Positions 39,517 through 53,300 of a stretch of 64,000 bases of DNA are shown here, one piece after another. Positions within the stretch are counted from its first letter, which is position 1. Each line of letters opens with the position of its first letter. The notes under the pieces were generated by a model that made no database searches, was not told the origin of the DNA, and saw only the letters and a list, made by a program, of their open reading frames with translations. The position numbers and the translations under genes are program-made. The stretch spans positions 186,001-250,000 of the forward strand of contig NW_003314367.1 of the NCBI RefSeq assembly GCF_000143415.4, in the 5' to 3' direction. This stretch comes from Selaginella moellendorffii (lineage: Eukaryota; Plantae; Lycopodiophyta).

Positions 39517-41878
39517 TGGTATCAAAGAGACTAATTGACTGTTTTAATTTTCTTTAGTTTATTTTCAAACAGATGAACTGCGAAATGGGACGTCAATTCA
39601 AAACATGTTGGAAGATCCAGATTCCTTGCTGGCTACAAGTTGTTGTAAGCTAAACGAATGCTAATCTGTAGGAAGAGTTTTTCTTCCTGGCTAACTAGAG
39701 AACCTAACTGAAACTCTGGAGAACTAGTTTACCAATAGAGAGAGTTTGAAGAGCTTGAAAACCTGTAATGTGGTTTTGGAAATTCTTGGTTATTGGTAGG
39801 CTCGTAAAGGCCCTGGGTGAACCAGATAACCTTTAGTGTATGAGCTCCACAATGCTCAGATATGGAACTGAAGGTATTAGATTGTGGAAGCGTTGAAATG
39901 CAGGCATAACCGAAAGGCTTGGTGGAGTGAAACCACCTCATGTTTGGATAGAACTTGTCCCTGTGAGAGATGTGGATTTCTGGTTGTCCGAGTTTTTTTA
40001 TTATCTAGGATTAGTGGCTTGTGGGGGAAATAACTAACCGAATGCTAGTGAATATGCAAGTCACTGAAGGCAGCTGAAACTCTATTAGGTGGTTTTCATC
40101 AAAGAGTGTAATTTCACTTGGAGAAACAAGATGGTATGTCTTTTGGCAATTAATGGGCGAACGTGGTGGGTGGAGTACCAGTTGTTTTAGTACCCTATTG
40201 AGAGTGGAGAGCACTGACGCTACTAACCACTTAGTGCCAAAGGAACAAAGGAAACCTTGCAATGCGAATTAAGCTGAGTCTATTGTGCCTGGTATCTGGT
40301 TTATTAGAACTTGTGTAATAAGAGTTTAAATATTGACAAAATGAAATTTGTTGCCATTGAAAGAGTAATGGGACTTAGCATAGAGGTGGATGAAGTCCTC
40401 TTTTGCTTTGTTGATATATTACTTAATTGTTATCTATCTTCATAGGAGCGACCTCGGTGGGTGAAGAAGTACCAAATGCAAAGGAACTCTTGGTTGGGAG
40501 GTCTTAGACCTCCTTAGCAAGTTGTGAAAAAAGCTAATGGGAATGGCACTTGCAGGTCGAACAGGCAAGCAGTTACGTTGACGAGTTTATGGCCTGGTAT
40601 ATGAAGATGCACGAGCTAGATATGTACCAGAGGATGCGTGAGAACAAGGAGTTAGTGCGACAATTTTACATTCTCAGTTATTTGAGTTCGAAAAGAATGA
40701 CATTCAGGCAAGTCTTTAATTGGTTTCTTTATTTATATTTATCTATTTATGGTTTTTCAAATGGAAAAATGATGCACTCCCTGAAAATTTTGGATGTATG
40801 TGGAGCAGGCTCATGTGTGACATTAGCGATTTTGAAGTGTAGTACTGTCCTTTCTGGCTGGATTTCCTTCCCGGTGGCTGTCCGGAATGGGAGATGGCCA
40901 GCTACAAGATACACAAGTCAGCAAGATCGGCCACCAAGGGCAGCAAGGGCCAGGCTTTTTCTTCAGCCCCGTCGCCAGATCGGAAGAAGGTGATATGTTG
41001 AGGATGCTGATGCCAGAGAACGGAAACGGGAGTTGGGAAATCATTCATGCAGATTCAGGAAACCTTGCAGTCCAGTAGTACTTCAAAGCTGGGACCTTTT
41101 CCGCCAGGACTAAAGGAGCTTGAGGATTGGATTGTCAGTCACAGGTCAAGCTGAACTGTTCACTTTTTTGTGCAAAGTCTCTACCGAAATGTGTCCAGGG
41201 AGCTGTTCATCTTCTCATCATCGATTCGCCTACTAGATGCGTTGCTGAGCCGGGGGTGGTTGATCAGTATACGGAGTTCTCGGATGCTTTACTGAAGAAC
41301 TTGGTGAACCCTGCTTTCGGGATACTAGACAGAGCTGGCTACATGGTGGTGTTTGTGCTATCGGATGATTTGCCGGCTTTGAATAACACTGCAGAAACTT
41401 GCAAGCTGAAGTTCCTGCAGACAAACTACGTGCACACGGCAAGGTCCTGGGGATACCGTATTTTTAGAAAGGTTATTCTGAGTTAAATGGCGACCAGCAC
41501 AAATCGTTGATGTGGCAGGACTCGCTAACGTGGTGGGACTCGCTGATATGGCAGGACATGCTGATGTGGCGGGACTCACTGACACGGCAGGACTGGAGAG
41601 CAGAGGTAAAACAAACTCTGTGTTGAGTTAAGTAGCGGCCAACACAAATCGCTGATGTGCCAGGACTCCTGGAAAGGTAACTCATCCTTTCGAAATTGGT
41701 ACTTTTTAATGTGGAAAGCATCATTGCCATGTGTATTTTCGGTTCCCCCTACTCCAAGGTTGCAAAGAACAGGGACATCCTGAACACATGCTACACTCCT
41801 TGACGAGCCAGAAGATTTCCAGTTCCCATGGTATACTATTGTTTGTTAGCAGATAGCAGCGAAAATAGTTGAAGAGTT
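39517..41878 (+). repeat. Unclassified ~2.4-kb repeat (copy 3, inverted)
   Basis: Reverse complement of 14180-16535; begins tggtatcaaag. Confidence 0.75.
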
Positions 41879-41887
41879 ATGTTTATA

Positions 41888-44800
41888 CTAGCAATTGCCA
41901 GCAAATGCTGGGTGGTTGGCAAATTTGATGCCATTTGAAGAGGTTTCCTGAGCTTAGCTATGTTTGCTATTTCAACTGAAAGACATTCTCTTGACAAAAT
42001 GTGTTATAAGCATTATATAAGCTAGATTAGATCACTATTGAGTTGCATTCCTCCATTTTGAACACAAAAAGCCCAAAGAATACTTCCAAGTCCATCTTTG
42101 GTGCAGGTGTTGCTACTTGTTCCACAGCCCGCTAGAGAGGTTCCTGGGATGAGCTGAAAACCATTATATTGCAATGAGAGCTGCACTCAAGAAGCAATAG
42201 GATGAAAAGTATACTTCTGCCATTAGCAACTTAATAGCATGTTGCCATAACTAAAATGGGACACCATCCAAGGCACACCAGTCAATGCTAGCTTTGTTGT
42301 GGTGTGCACTTGAAACTCACAATTGCAAGTCAAGGGTGGCTGAGTAGATAGTTTTGTGGAATCATGGTTATATTTAGAATTGTGCCATGTATTTGTCAAT
42401 CTACTTAAGAATTTCAGCATAGACTGTATTCACAGTGTAAAAGTGTTGATCATGTGGTATAAGATTGCCTTGAAGGGGGGTTACAAGCACTTGAACACGA
42501 AGTTGTTCAAGTGATCTACACCTTGACAAAGCAACATAAAGTTGACCATGTGTGAAAACAAGTTGGGGGAGGTAAATGCCAACATGGTTGAAAGTTTGGC
42601 CTTGGGCTTTAGAAATAATTAAGCAATAACCCAGACGAACTGGGAATTGTCTTTGGGACATCTTGAAAGGGATTTCAATATCAGAAGATGTAAGGGTAAT
42701 ATGTGGAATAAAAACTCGCGATCCCTTGAATTGTCCCGTGATAATTTCACAATCTAAAACGTTTTGAAATGCTTGCTTGAGAATGAGGTGAGTGTCATTG
42801 CATAAACCAATTTGTGGAGATATGTTCCTAAGAAGAATCAAAATCACATTTTTTTTTAGAATTAATTTGTGTGGTGGTAGTCCCGATGGGGTGATTGAAT
42901 TTAAGAATTCAATTGGGAACTCTTTAGGGTGATATGAGTCAACCGTGTCAATGCTCAAATAAACATATGGATCACCTGGTAGTCTTCCAACAATGTTATT
43001 ATTTATTCTAAATGTGTCATCATTGAGTGGGGTGAGAATAACCTTTGATGTAGTTGTATAGGTATTTATAATATCATCGGTATTTGGGAAAACAAAGTTT
43101 ACAATAGGTGTAGAGATAGATAATGCATGTGGTATTTTGATAATATTTGGTGGGAGACATGGCAACTGCAAACTACTATCATCATTGCCAAGTTTGAGAA
43201 GCCATTCAGAAAAACAAAGATTGCTTGAATGCATATTCTTTGTTAGTGTTAGTGTTGTAAAAAGTGACCATAGTCTATTCATTTTAATTGAGCTTGAAAT
43301 AATAAAGGTTCTATGGCCATGGGGAACAACAGGAAAGGTTTGACGAAAGTCACCACTTGTAATCACTATAACGCCTCCAAATGGTTTAGAATTACATTTG
43401 AGATGCTTTAAACATTTATCAACCACAGAGAAAGCATGTGTGTGGACCATACTAATTTCATCCCATGTGAGAACATTTGCTTGTTTAATGGTTTTTCCAA
43501 TATCACTATTAATTGTTAAAGCAGAGACAGAAGTTTCATTTAAAGGAACAGGAAGTTTAAAAGTTGTATGTGTTGTTTGACCATATTTTAGCAAAATGTT
43601 TGCAATCCCAGTCCATGCCATACTGATTACTTTTATTTTTTAAAATTGTAATGCTGTAATGATGGTATTAAGTAGAAAAGTTTTTCCAGTACCATCAATA
43701 AAGAAACATTGATGTTGGTTAGTGTCAATGGCATTTATAATGAGTTCAAAAATATAACGTTATTCATAACTGAATTGATTTATGTTTGCATTTATTTGGT
43801 CTTGTGATGGGTCATGGATCTCTATATTAAGCATGTGTTTGATAATGGGAGTAAGAGTTGGGAGTGGTAAACCAAAATCACAATTAGATTTATTGTGTAG
43901 TTGGAATTTTGAATTAATATCGACTAAAACAATGTCAAAATAGTTTATATCATTTCTAGCATAATCCTCAAACATATCAATTTTGAATTGATCCCATAAT
44001 AGAATTGGATCTTTTGGTGAACAATACAAATAAATAAAAACAAATAATTGTCTTAATTGGGATGGCATTTTAAAAGTAGAAACTTCTTGCATGCAATGTT
44101 GCCATTCTGAATCATCTGCTAAAAGTCCCATTGCCATAACTACTTGTTTAAAAGAGGAGAAAATAACATCTTTGACAGTACATATATCCTCAAATGATAT
44201 AACACCTTTTTTATGGAATAATATAAACCACAAGTGGTACAACTCATTATTAGAAGGAGATATGGAATACATTCTTGGTATGAGTTTAGCTTTTCGCTTG
44301 TGTAATTGCCATTTATGAGAGGATTTGTTATATGTGTAATGTAACGAAATTTGAGCATATGTATATTGCCTTGCATTAATATATTGCATGTTTAAATTGA
44401 ACTATTGTGTAAACATTGTTCCATTTTGAGTGGCTCTTTCTAGTGCTTCTTGTTCATGACTTGGTTTGAAATAGACATTTTGAAAATTGGGTAAATGAAT
44501 TGGAAGGTGTATAATAGTTAGTGATTTATCATGCATACGAAACTTAAATATATGCCACATAGCTTCAGGAGCAGAAATATATCGAGCATCGACAAAACTT
44601 GAGATTTCATCCCAATTTAAAGTCCCTCGTTCTTCAGATGCAATTAGGAATTCTAATGTTGCACAATCATAACCTTTGTATACATATTGAAATAAATATT
44701 TAATACTTTTAATAGAAGCGCAGATCTCTACATTAATGTGTGCTTTATATTTTTTACAAAGGTATTTATTATAAGGAACAACCCATCTATTGTCAATAGT

Positions 44801-47800
44801 ACAACCATTCTTTATGAAAATGCGTCTGTTATTGGGTCGGTAGTAATCAGGATAACCATCAACACAATAAATGGTTTCAACATTAAATTCTTTTGGATAA
44901 TTTTTAGAGCATTTATTATTTTCCATATAAGGGCTTCTAGGATTTAAATTACCATATAGACCATGTATCATATGATTTATAATTATGTTATGCAATTCTG
45001 GTTCTAGCAGTGGGTGTGGCAACTATGCGGTGACAAATTCATCAACCGAATCACGATTTCTTATCTTGTCTTCACTTGATAACATTGCTAAGAAATGACA
45101 ATGAGGCAAACCTCTTTTCTAGAATTCAATAACATAAACATATGCTATGCACTTCCCAAAAATTCCTTTGATACTTATGTCATGTAGGAATTCTTTAAGC
45201 TTTAAGTTGAAAACTCTTGAAATAAGATTAGGTCGATCCTCAGGTGATTCATTCAGTTGTAAGTTTTGCACAATTTCAGGCCACTTTGGGTTGTATGTAA
45301 ATATAATAAATAAGTCAGATTTCCAAAATGTGTGACAATAGCAATAGCATCTTGATAATATTGTTGCATTACTCGTGGGCTACCAAGAAATGTAGAAGGC
45401 AAAATTATAACTTTTCCAGGTTCAGCATTATTAGTAACAACTCTGTTGCTAACATAGTCCATAATACCTGTGTAGTAATCCACTTTTAAGTGTTTTTGAT
45501 AAGTACGAAAGAAATTAAGGTTGTTAGATTCAACCTTTACATATGCATCAACTATAAATTGTTGAGTGAGTTTCTCAGCATGTAGCAATTGATCATAAAG
45601 GAAAGAGTTGCCAATGCTATCTCGTTGAGATAATCAATATGCATAGTACTGGAGTAGCGTTACATGCAACTCATTGTGATAGATTTTTTCATGCCAACCT
45701 TTATCACCAAATGGTAAAAGTAAAGGATAAACCATAGGATCATAATTTTCATTAAGAATAGAGATTTTTGTTGGCTGTGAGTTATATGGATGTATGCATA
45801 TTTCTCTATCAAGAGATGGCTCACCCTCATCAATAGTGAAAACAATAGCAACATCATTAGTCCGTGGTAAATTATAACAATGTAGATTAATACTTTCACT
45901 TCTAACAATCATATAAACACCATGTTTTGGAGTTCCATTGCAAATTGAGCGATATTGTTCTTGTGATTCAAGATTATACATCATTTGAAAAGCTTGTGCA
46001 TACGGGTTTATTGTTCTTAGCAATTTATCTAATTGTAATAATAAATTAGAATCACAATTTGTGTTGAATGGGTTTTGCTTTCTAATATTTGTAGCCTTAG
46101 ATGCGTCAAGCATGTAAAGTTGTCCATATGATGGTGGCACGTTAGCAGCAGGATATGCTGTAGCAATATTGTGATAAATTTGACCATGTATTCTAAAGCA
46201 ATATGAGCCTTTACCACTTAAATTATCAATATTATCACCCATTGATGCAAAAGCTAAAGCACTGTTGAAATTTCTTATGTTAATTTTAAAATTGAAGTTT
46301 TTATTTTCATTAAAAAGCATATGCAATATAGTAGGTAAAGATGAAAGTTGGGGAAGGGAAACCTTTCCATTCTGGCAGCACATTGATTTTGACTCATTTT
46401 CAAAATGTAATGCACCACAAAAGACATATATGGATGACATATTTCCAATATTAAACGTATGTATTTTATGGTCATTATAATTCTTTTGATGTGCTAATTT
46501 ATAGACTGTATAACTGTGATGATTACATATATTTGTATTAGTTTCATTAGCATTTTCAAGGTTTATATTTGTATGACCTTCATCAGCATATGCTATGTTT
46601 GTATTAGCATTGTCAAGATTTGAAGTAATTTTTTCATTAGCATGTTCAAGGTCTAGATTAGTTTCTTCATTAGCATATGCAAGGTTGTTGTGAATATGAT
46701 TATATGTGCTAGTGTCAGTAATTGGAGGCAAATGGTGACGTATGCCTCTGAATACTTTGCAAAGCCAAGGCATATTTGCTAGGGATGATAAATGAGATGA
46801 AATAACCTATCTAGTGTAAATATAAACTTAAAGCAAGAAGTAAAAAAAGAAAGTCAAAGCACTTATCTTAAAATTTTCAGAGATTCTAAGTAAAAGCCTG
46901 AACTCACATTCTTACACTGGAAAAAAAAAAAAAAAGACTATACAATGAGAGCACAATCTGTACACACCTTAATCTGTAAACAAAAGCAACCAATAAAACC
47001 TTGGTGAGCAGCCGTGAGACGTGGGTGGAGTTTGCAAGTTAGAGAACTTACCTTGAGCTTGTTCTCTCTTGCAAAAGGACAGGGCTAATGGTTTTGGCCG
47101 TGAAGGCTAGCTCTGCCATTGGATAGCATCCACAAACCCAAATGAAGACGTCTCAAATTTTCACAGCACACAAAAATCCAGATTGTTGGGGTTGGGGGCC
47201 AAATTAGTGGCTGCCGGCCTGACGCTGAACACAGACCTCTACAGGAAAAAGCACAATTGCTGCAATTGCCACTGATCCAAGCAAGTGTTAGCTCAATTGC
47301 GGCAGGGCATCTAGGGCGAGCTAAAAAGAACGGGCACAGGGGCAGGACACCACTGGTGACACATGTCACATGCCTATCTTGCCTCGCTTGGAGCCAATGA
47401 CCACCGGAGCTGTGGTGGCTCTCTCGCACTTACTGCACTTTTAAAAGCCTGAAACGCAGCTCCAAGGAAGTATGTGTATGTCGTTCTGCTGTCCAGAATG
47501 GTGCCCTACTTGCCATCAAAAACTTCGGGCTTTAAGCGCAACAAATTCCTTTGAGCATCAAGTTGTATTAAGGACTGGAAAAAAAGACAAAGCTCCACAC
47601 CAGCACCCAACCTTAGCACTAACAGCAGCTCTGCGGAGAACAGCACCGAATTGTTCTCTAAGTTCGCAAGATCAGTGTCGCAAGGCTCCTCCTAGGACGG
47701 GTTTCTCAGTGCTGGCCTCTTTAGCAGACTTAACAGGAGTGGTGGCGAGAGTGCCACCACCACCACCACCACCACTTAGACATAGTCTCTTTGTCATTGT

Positions 47801-48470
47801 TGTGGAGAAGAAAAAAACTAGGATGATAGGAAAACTAATGCTTTGCTACTGTTGTTTATAGCTTTCAACTCTAACAAAGTCATAAAGAATGAACGAATAC
47901 CTACGATGGGGATCAGACGACGTAAAAACCATGTCTTTTGGAGGCTGAAAACCACTGAGTGTCATCGCACCACCCCTCTTGTCCATCCCTCCACTGCTGC
48001 CACTAGGTGGACCACTGGGCCATTTACTCGCTCTCCTCTAGAGCTACGCCCTTTCCCTAAAGCAGCAGTGGAGATCCTCCATGCCAGGAGTGACGGTGGC
48101 AAGACTGTAGCTCCGGATCTGCTGCTGGTGCCTGTTCCTGCGGGGATTGCTGTGGCGATTGAGCAGGAGATCTCTGAGTGGAAGATCTCTGCCTAGGAGA
48201 TCCGGGAGCCACAGCTTCACTGACCATTTACTCGAGTGCATCGCTCTCTTGCCCTTTCCCTAAAGCAGTGGCGCTCCACATCGAGAGTGACGGGGCGATT
48301 TGTGCAGGAAAGACACATGTCGCTGTGCCTTCTTCTCCCGCCCCACGCAGCTTGGCCGACTCCCATTGGCAGAGAGCAAATATCAGAAAAATTTCTTGCG
48401 CAACCATGGCTACTGACCCTGGCCCGGGCCTGGGATCCAACGGTCGGGGAGCCTCCCTGCTATCACTAGA
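41888..48470 (-). mobile_element. Helitron A (formerly autonomous, 6.6 kb)
   Basis: 5' TCTAGTGATAG (minus strand, 48470); 3' hairpin CCAGCATTTGCTGG + CAATTG-CTAG (41888); inserted at A|T; encodes Rep/helicase. Confidence 0.93.
42401..46773 (-). pseudogene. Helitron Rep/PIF1 helicase, fragmented by stops and frameshifts
   Basis: NIRNFNSALAFASMG, FRIHGQIYH, VIILPSTFLGSPRVMQQYYQDA, HUH motif VIEF*KRGLPHCH, YLFQYVYKG, WDEISM, GDFRQ, QFPVRLGY, KAQGQT, VFTHGQLYVALSR. Confidence 0.95.
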
Positions 48471-48759
48471 TTATCTATCACAATAAGGAGGAGTTGCTGA
48501 AATTTCTGGGCTGCCAAATCCAGCCAATCGCAGCCGTCCGATGGGGGGTAACTGTAAAGGGGTTATTTCTTTAACCACATTTTAGTGAATAATCGCGCTG
48601 ATGTTTGCTCTTGGCCAATGGGAGGCAGCCAAGCCATGTGGGGCAGGAGAGGAAGGCGCAGCGACCCGTGTCATATGCATGTGTTCTGTAACAGATCTTG
48701 CTGGAATTCCAGCCCTCCTGCTAGAGCTCGCAGAGAAAATCCAGTGCCGATCAATGCAA

Positions 48760-48960
48760 CCCGGGATTGTGGGCGATGCCAGTGATCACTGCTGTCCAGG
48801 AGACTAGATTTGGATCCAGCATGGCGCGGAAGATCGCGATCGCGGGGCTAAGATGGCCGAATTGGATGTAGCTCGTGAGGATGGTATTCCAGGACACTGC
48901 GTTGCTCTCACTCGCCATGGAGAGGAGGATCTTTGCCTTGGGCAAATGCCCAAAATCCCA
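48760..48960 (-). pseudogene. Captured PPR fragment inside Helitron B
   Basis: GHLPKAKILL..NAVSWNTILTSYIQFGHLSPAIAIFRAMLDPNLVSWTAVITGIAHN. Confidence 0.75.
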
Positions 48961-50007
48961 ATCATTGATGTGTATGTCCAGATTGTGGATGTTCAGAGGT
49001 GTGGTGGATCTTCTCCCAAATCGCAGTGAAACCGATCTTAGCGATGGCCGATGGGGATATGTTGAGTTCACATCTCTCGAAGCTTTCCACAAGGCAAACC
49101 GGTGGCTAAACCAGAGGGGAAAAACTGAGAAGAAGATCCGCAGCTTGGAAGAGGAAAAGCGCGAGGAAACAGAAGAGGAGAAGCACGAGGAAAAGTCTTG
49201 GAGTGTTAGCGCGCTCCGGATTCTGATCAGACTCACCGAGCAGCTTTACGAGGAGCTCAACGGCAAATCCAGCGACCGAGAGAGGATCAAGCGAGCGCGG
49301 AAGATAATGTGGCTCCAGAAAATGCTGTATAGGATCTCGAGTGAGAGGAAACCGTGGAAGGAGCTTCAGTCCGGCGAGGTGGTCTTCGTGAAGGAGGCAA
49401 AAGAACTATATGATCGTGCAGGGAGAGATTTTGTTGCCGAATTCAAGAGGAGACAGGTAAGTTTGATATACCTTCCAGATTCCAGATGGCTGTTAGCTAA
49501 TAATGTGTTTGTTGTAGAGAGCTGGAGTGAACGATGAGTGTTTGTTTTGTCGGAACCATGATGGCAAGAAGATGATCGGCCGGGCTGGAGCGAACTCTAA
49601 GACGACTAGACCCTAGGTTTACCTGAGAAGAGAACACGAGAAAACTGTTCTAAGCACGTCGAAGAAACGAGAAATGAAGCTGGCTCCTAGCTCGAGAAGT
49701 TGGCTGCAAGGATTGGTCAACTGGAGGCCAGTGCTCGGACTCTAACATCGGAGAAGCCAACTCTCAAGAGTCAAATCCAGAAGTTGGATCCGGTAAGGCT
49801 GTCCATGATAGTAGTGAGGAACGACGTAAACCAGTGCCAGATGGCTGCAAGATGGCGAGAAGACAATATAGCTGAAGCTGCTTGTGACTGGGGTTTCAGA
49901 TGGCTGCGGAGACTATAAGACAGACTATGCTAGACGTTCTCTCTCATCTGGTGGAATGAGGGAAGTGTTCGGACAGGAGCCCCAGGGGATAATGGCTGAT
50001 GGAGTCG

Positions 50008-50157
50008 TGTTGAGAGTGGCCCTGTGCCACGTGGCTAGTCCACGTGGAGAGACACGAGTCTTCACCGGTTCACCATGTCACACATATGTACATTTTCCAT
50101 TCCATATATGCTATGACAGATCTTGAGCACCATCACACGGTTTCACCTTTCATTAGA
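50008..50157 (+). repeat. 5' LTR (150 bp, TG...GA)
   Basis: 3 mismatches to 54354-54503; contains two CACGTG G-boxes. Confidence 0.92.
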
Positions 50158-50350
50158 TGGTATTGGAGCAATGCCTGGGAGAGCAAGAAGAATTCGAAAC
50201 CGTAGGATCAGGGCGACACTTGCTAGGGTGAATCGGAGCCTCGACAGAGGCGTGCCCTAATCCAAACGCTCCAGGCCTTGCAAGAGGCACTGGACGACTA
50301 AGAACCTGGACCTAGACTTGAACGAGTGGTGGGATTGGGTGTCAGCACCC

Positions 50351-53300
50351 ATGGCAGCCACTGTTCCTACAAATCCGCCTCCAAATCCACCACCTATTTC
50401 CCCTCCCATCACAAATCCGACTGTGCCTACAGCGGATATCGTTTCAGTGGACGCAAATCCACCAAAATTTGATGGGAGGAACTGGCGCTTCTGGAAGACA
50501 AAATTCGAATCCTATATGGATGAACGAGGCCTCTGGGACATCACCACAGGAACTGAGACACTTCCAGATACAGCTACAGTGGATGAAACTGCGAAGTATC
50601 GCAAGAAGGACCGGAGAGCTTTGGGCAAATTCCATGCAGCGCTGGAGGGGCGAGAATTCCATTGCATTGGACGGTGCAAGAGTGCAAAGGAAGCGTGGGA
50701 GGCCATGAAGCAGACTTACCAGATCCCTTCAACATCCCATCGCATATTTTTACGGAAGCAGCTTCATGCATTGGTGATGGCTGAAGGGGATGACCTCAAG
50801 GATCATCTTGCTGGTGTGAGAACCATCTTAGATGATCTTAAGGATGTGGGAGCAAACATAGAGGATGAAGAAGAAGCAGAGCTGGTGCTCGTCACACTTC
50901 CTCCATCCTTTGATCCTCTCATACGTAGCCTCACTACCACTGGAACTCCTCTAACCCTGAATGGCGTGATCAGTAGCCTCCAGGACGATGATCTGAGACG
51001 AAGAGCAACAACAGGATCAGAGGCCGTTGCATTCTACTCTTCTCTCAGGAAAGAAACAGAGAACAAAGGGAAACAAGGAGCCTCTTCATCCAAGAAGCCC
51101 AAGTGTTCTCATTGCAACAAGAAAGGCCATGACGAAGCTCAATGCTGGGTGAAAAATCCATCTCTCAAGCCTGTAAGGAACAATGCAAAGAAAAAGGTGG
51201 TACACGCCTTCATCTTGTCACGAGCTATGGCTGTGGCAGCACTGTCTGCAGAGTGCATCTACCTGGATTCTGCTGCTACAGACCATATGTTCAACAGTGA
51301 TAAGTACTTTGAAGCCTATGTTCCTACAGCCACAGAAGAGTATGTCATCGTTGGCAATGCCCAGCAGCTTGCTGTGAAAGGAGTTGGAACCATCAAGTTC
51401 ACTTTACCACAAGGAATAGTCGTAAAGATCCACGAGGTTCTTTATATTCCTGGTTTATGTGCTAATTTGTTCTCTGTGGGACAATTTGCTGAGGATGGGT
51501 ATCAGTTCGCCATTACACCTCGCCAATTCCAGCTGATCTCGACCACAGGAGCCATCCTCACAGCGTCCCGGCCTGGACGGCGTGACCTCTACCGCCTTAC
51601 CATGCTGCCAGATCTTGCTGGACGGAGTCTGGGCCTACACGCACAAAAGACAACGACCAGTCACTCACTGGAGCTTTGGCACGCACGCCTGGGGCATCCT
51701 AGTGCTGATAGAATCAAGCAGCTCGCACGCGAGCAGATGGTTGAAGGTCTAGACCTGGACCCAAGAGCCGTTCTTCCATTTTGCCAGGGCTGTCAGCTAG
51801 GAAAATCTACTCGCCAACCTTTCCCCAAGACTGGAGCATCTCGAGCTACAGAGCTCATGGAACTTGTACACACTGATGTGTGTGGCCCGATGGCCACCAC
51901 AGCAGTGGGAGGTATCCAATACTTTATCAGTTTCATTGATGACTACAGTCGTCGCACTATGATCTACCCTATGGCTCGCAAATCCCAATCGTTACACTAC
52001 TTCCAGACTTTCAAGGATATGGGAGAAACACAAACTGGGAAAATGCTCAAGCGATTGAGAAGTGATGGTGGAGGCGAATTCACTTCCAATGCTTTCAGCT
52101 GTGTGAGCAAGGAGGGATTGTGCGAGAACTTACAACGCAAGAGACTCCACAACAGAATGGCGTAGCTGAGCGCAAGAATCGCACACTAGTGGAGAGTGCT
52201 CGGGCAATGCTACTTTCCAGTGGTTTGCCTCGCAGCTTCTGGTTTCACGCTGTCTTGACGGCGAACTATCTCCAGAACCGGCTCCCCACTGACATCACTC
52301 CATGGAGTGACCTACAGTTACGCATCTGAGAATATTCGGGTGTGAAGCGTGGGCACACATCCCTGATGGAATGCGCAAGAAATTGGATCCCAAGAGCCAG
52401 AAGGCTGTGTTTGTGGGCTACAGCCTCGATCACAAAGCCTATCGTCTCTGGAATCCAATCACGAAGCAGGAGATCCTGAGCAGAGATGTGGTTTTCAACG
52501 AGAATTCCTTTCTTCCTTCTAGTCAAGGTTCTACTTCCAGACCTACCTTGACCGAAGAAAATGACGTTGAAGCGGAACAAGATCAGTTGACTGTCGGCAC
52601 GATCACTGTGCCGCTTCAAACAGTCCCTACACAACAACCCATGCCCACTTCTACTCCAACACCACCAACCCCGCCGCCTCCTCCAGATCCTCTACGCAGA
52701 TCGATCCGCACAAGGCGGCCTACTGAGCATCTCATCGAGACAATGGTCTCCTCTCGTGCAGCTGGGACTCCTACTGTTCCGAGGACCTATGGAGAAGCCA
52801 TGGCCTCACAGGAAGCGTCTTACTGGCGTGTAGCAATGGAAGCCGAGATTGCTTCACAGAAAAAGAACGAGACACATGTTCTTGTTCCAACTGTGCCTTC
52901 CAATCGCCAGATTATCAAGAGCATGTGGGTGTATGCTCTGAAGCTTAATCCTGATGGCTCGGTTCGCTACAAGGCGCGATTGGTGGCGAAAGGATGCTCG
53001 CAAGTTCCTGGACTTGACTACAACGACACCTTTGCTCCAGTGGTTAAGCATTCTACTCTTCGTTCCTTGATTAATTTTGCTGCGGTGGGAGACTTTGATC
53101 TGGAACAGATGGATGTGACCACGGCGTTTCTTTATGGCGCGCTTGAAGAAGAAATCTATATGGCACAGCCAGAAGGATTTCTAGCCGCTGGAAAAGAGGA
53201 TCATCTCTGGCTTCTCAAGAAAGCTGTCTACGGCTTGAAACAAGCACCCAGATCTTGGTACAAACGCTTTGACGATTTTGGGCTTTTCCCGTAGCGAGGC

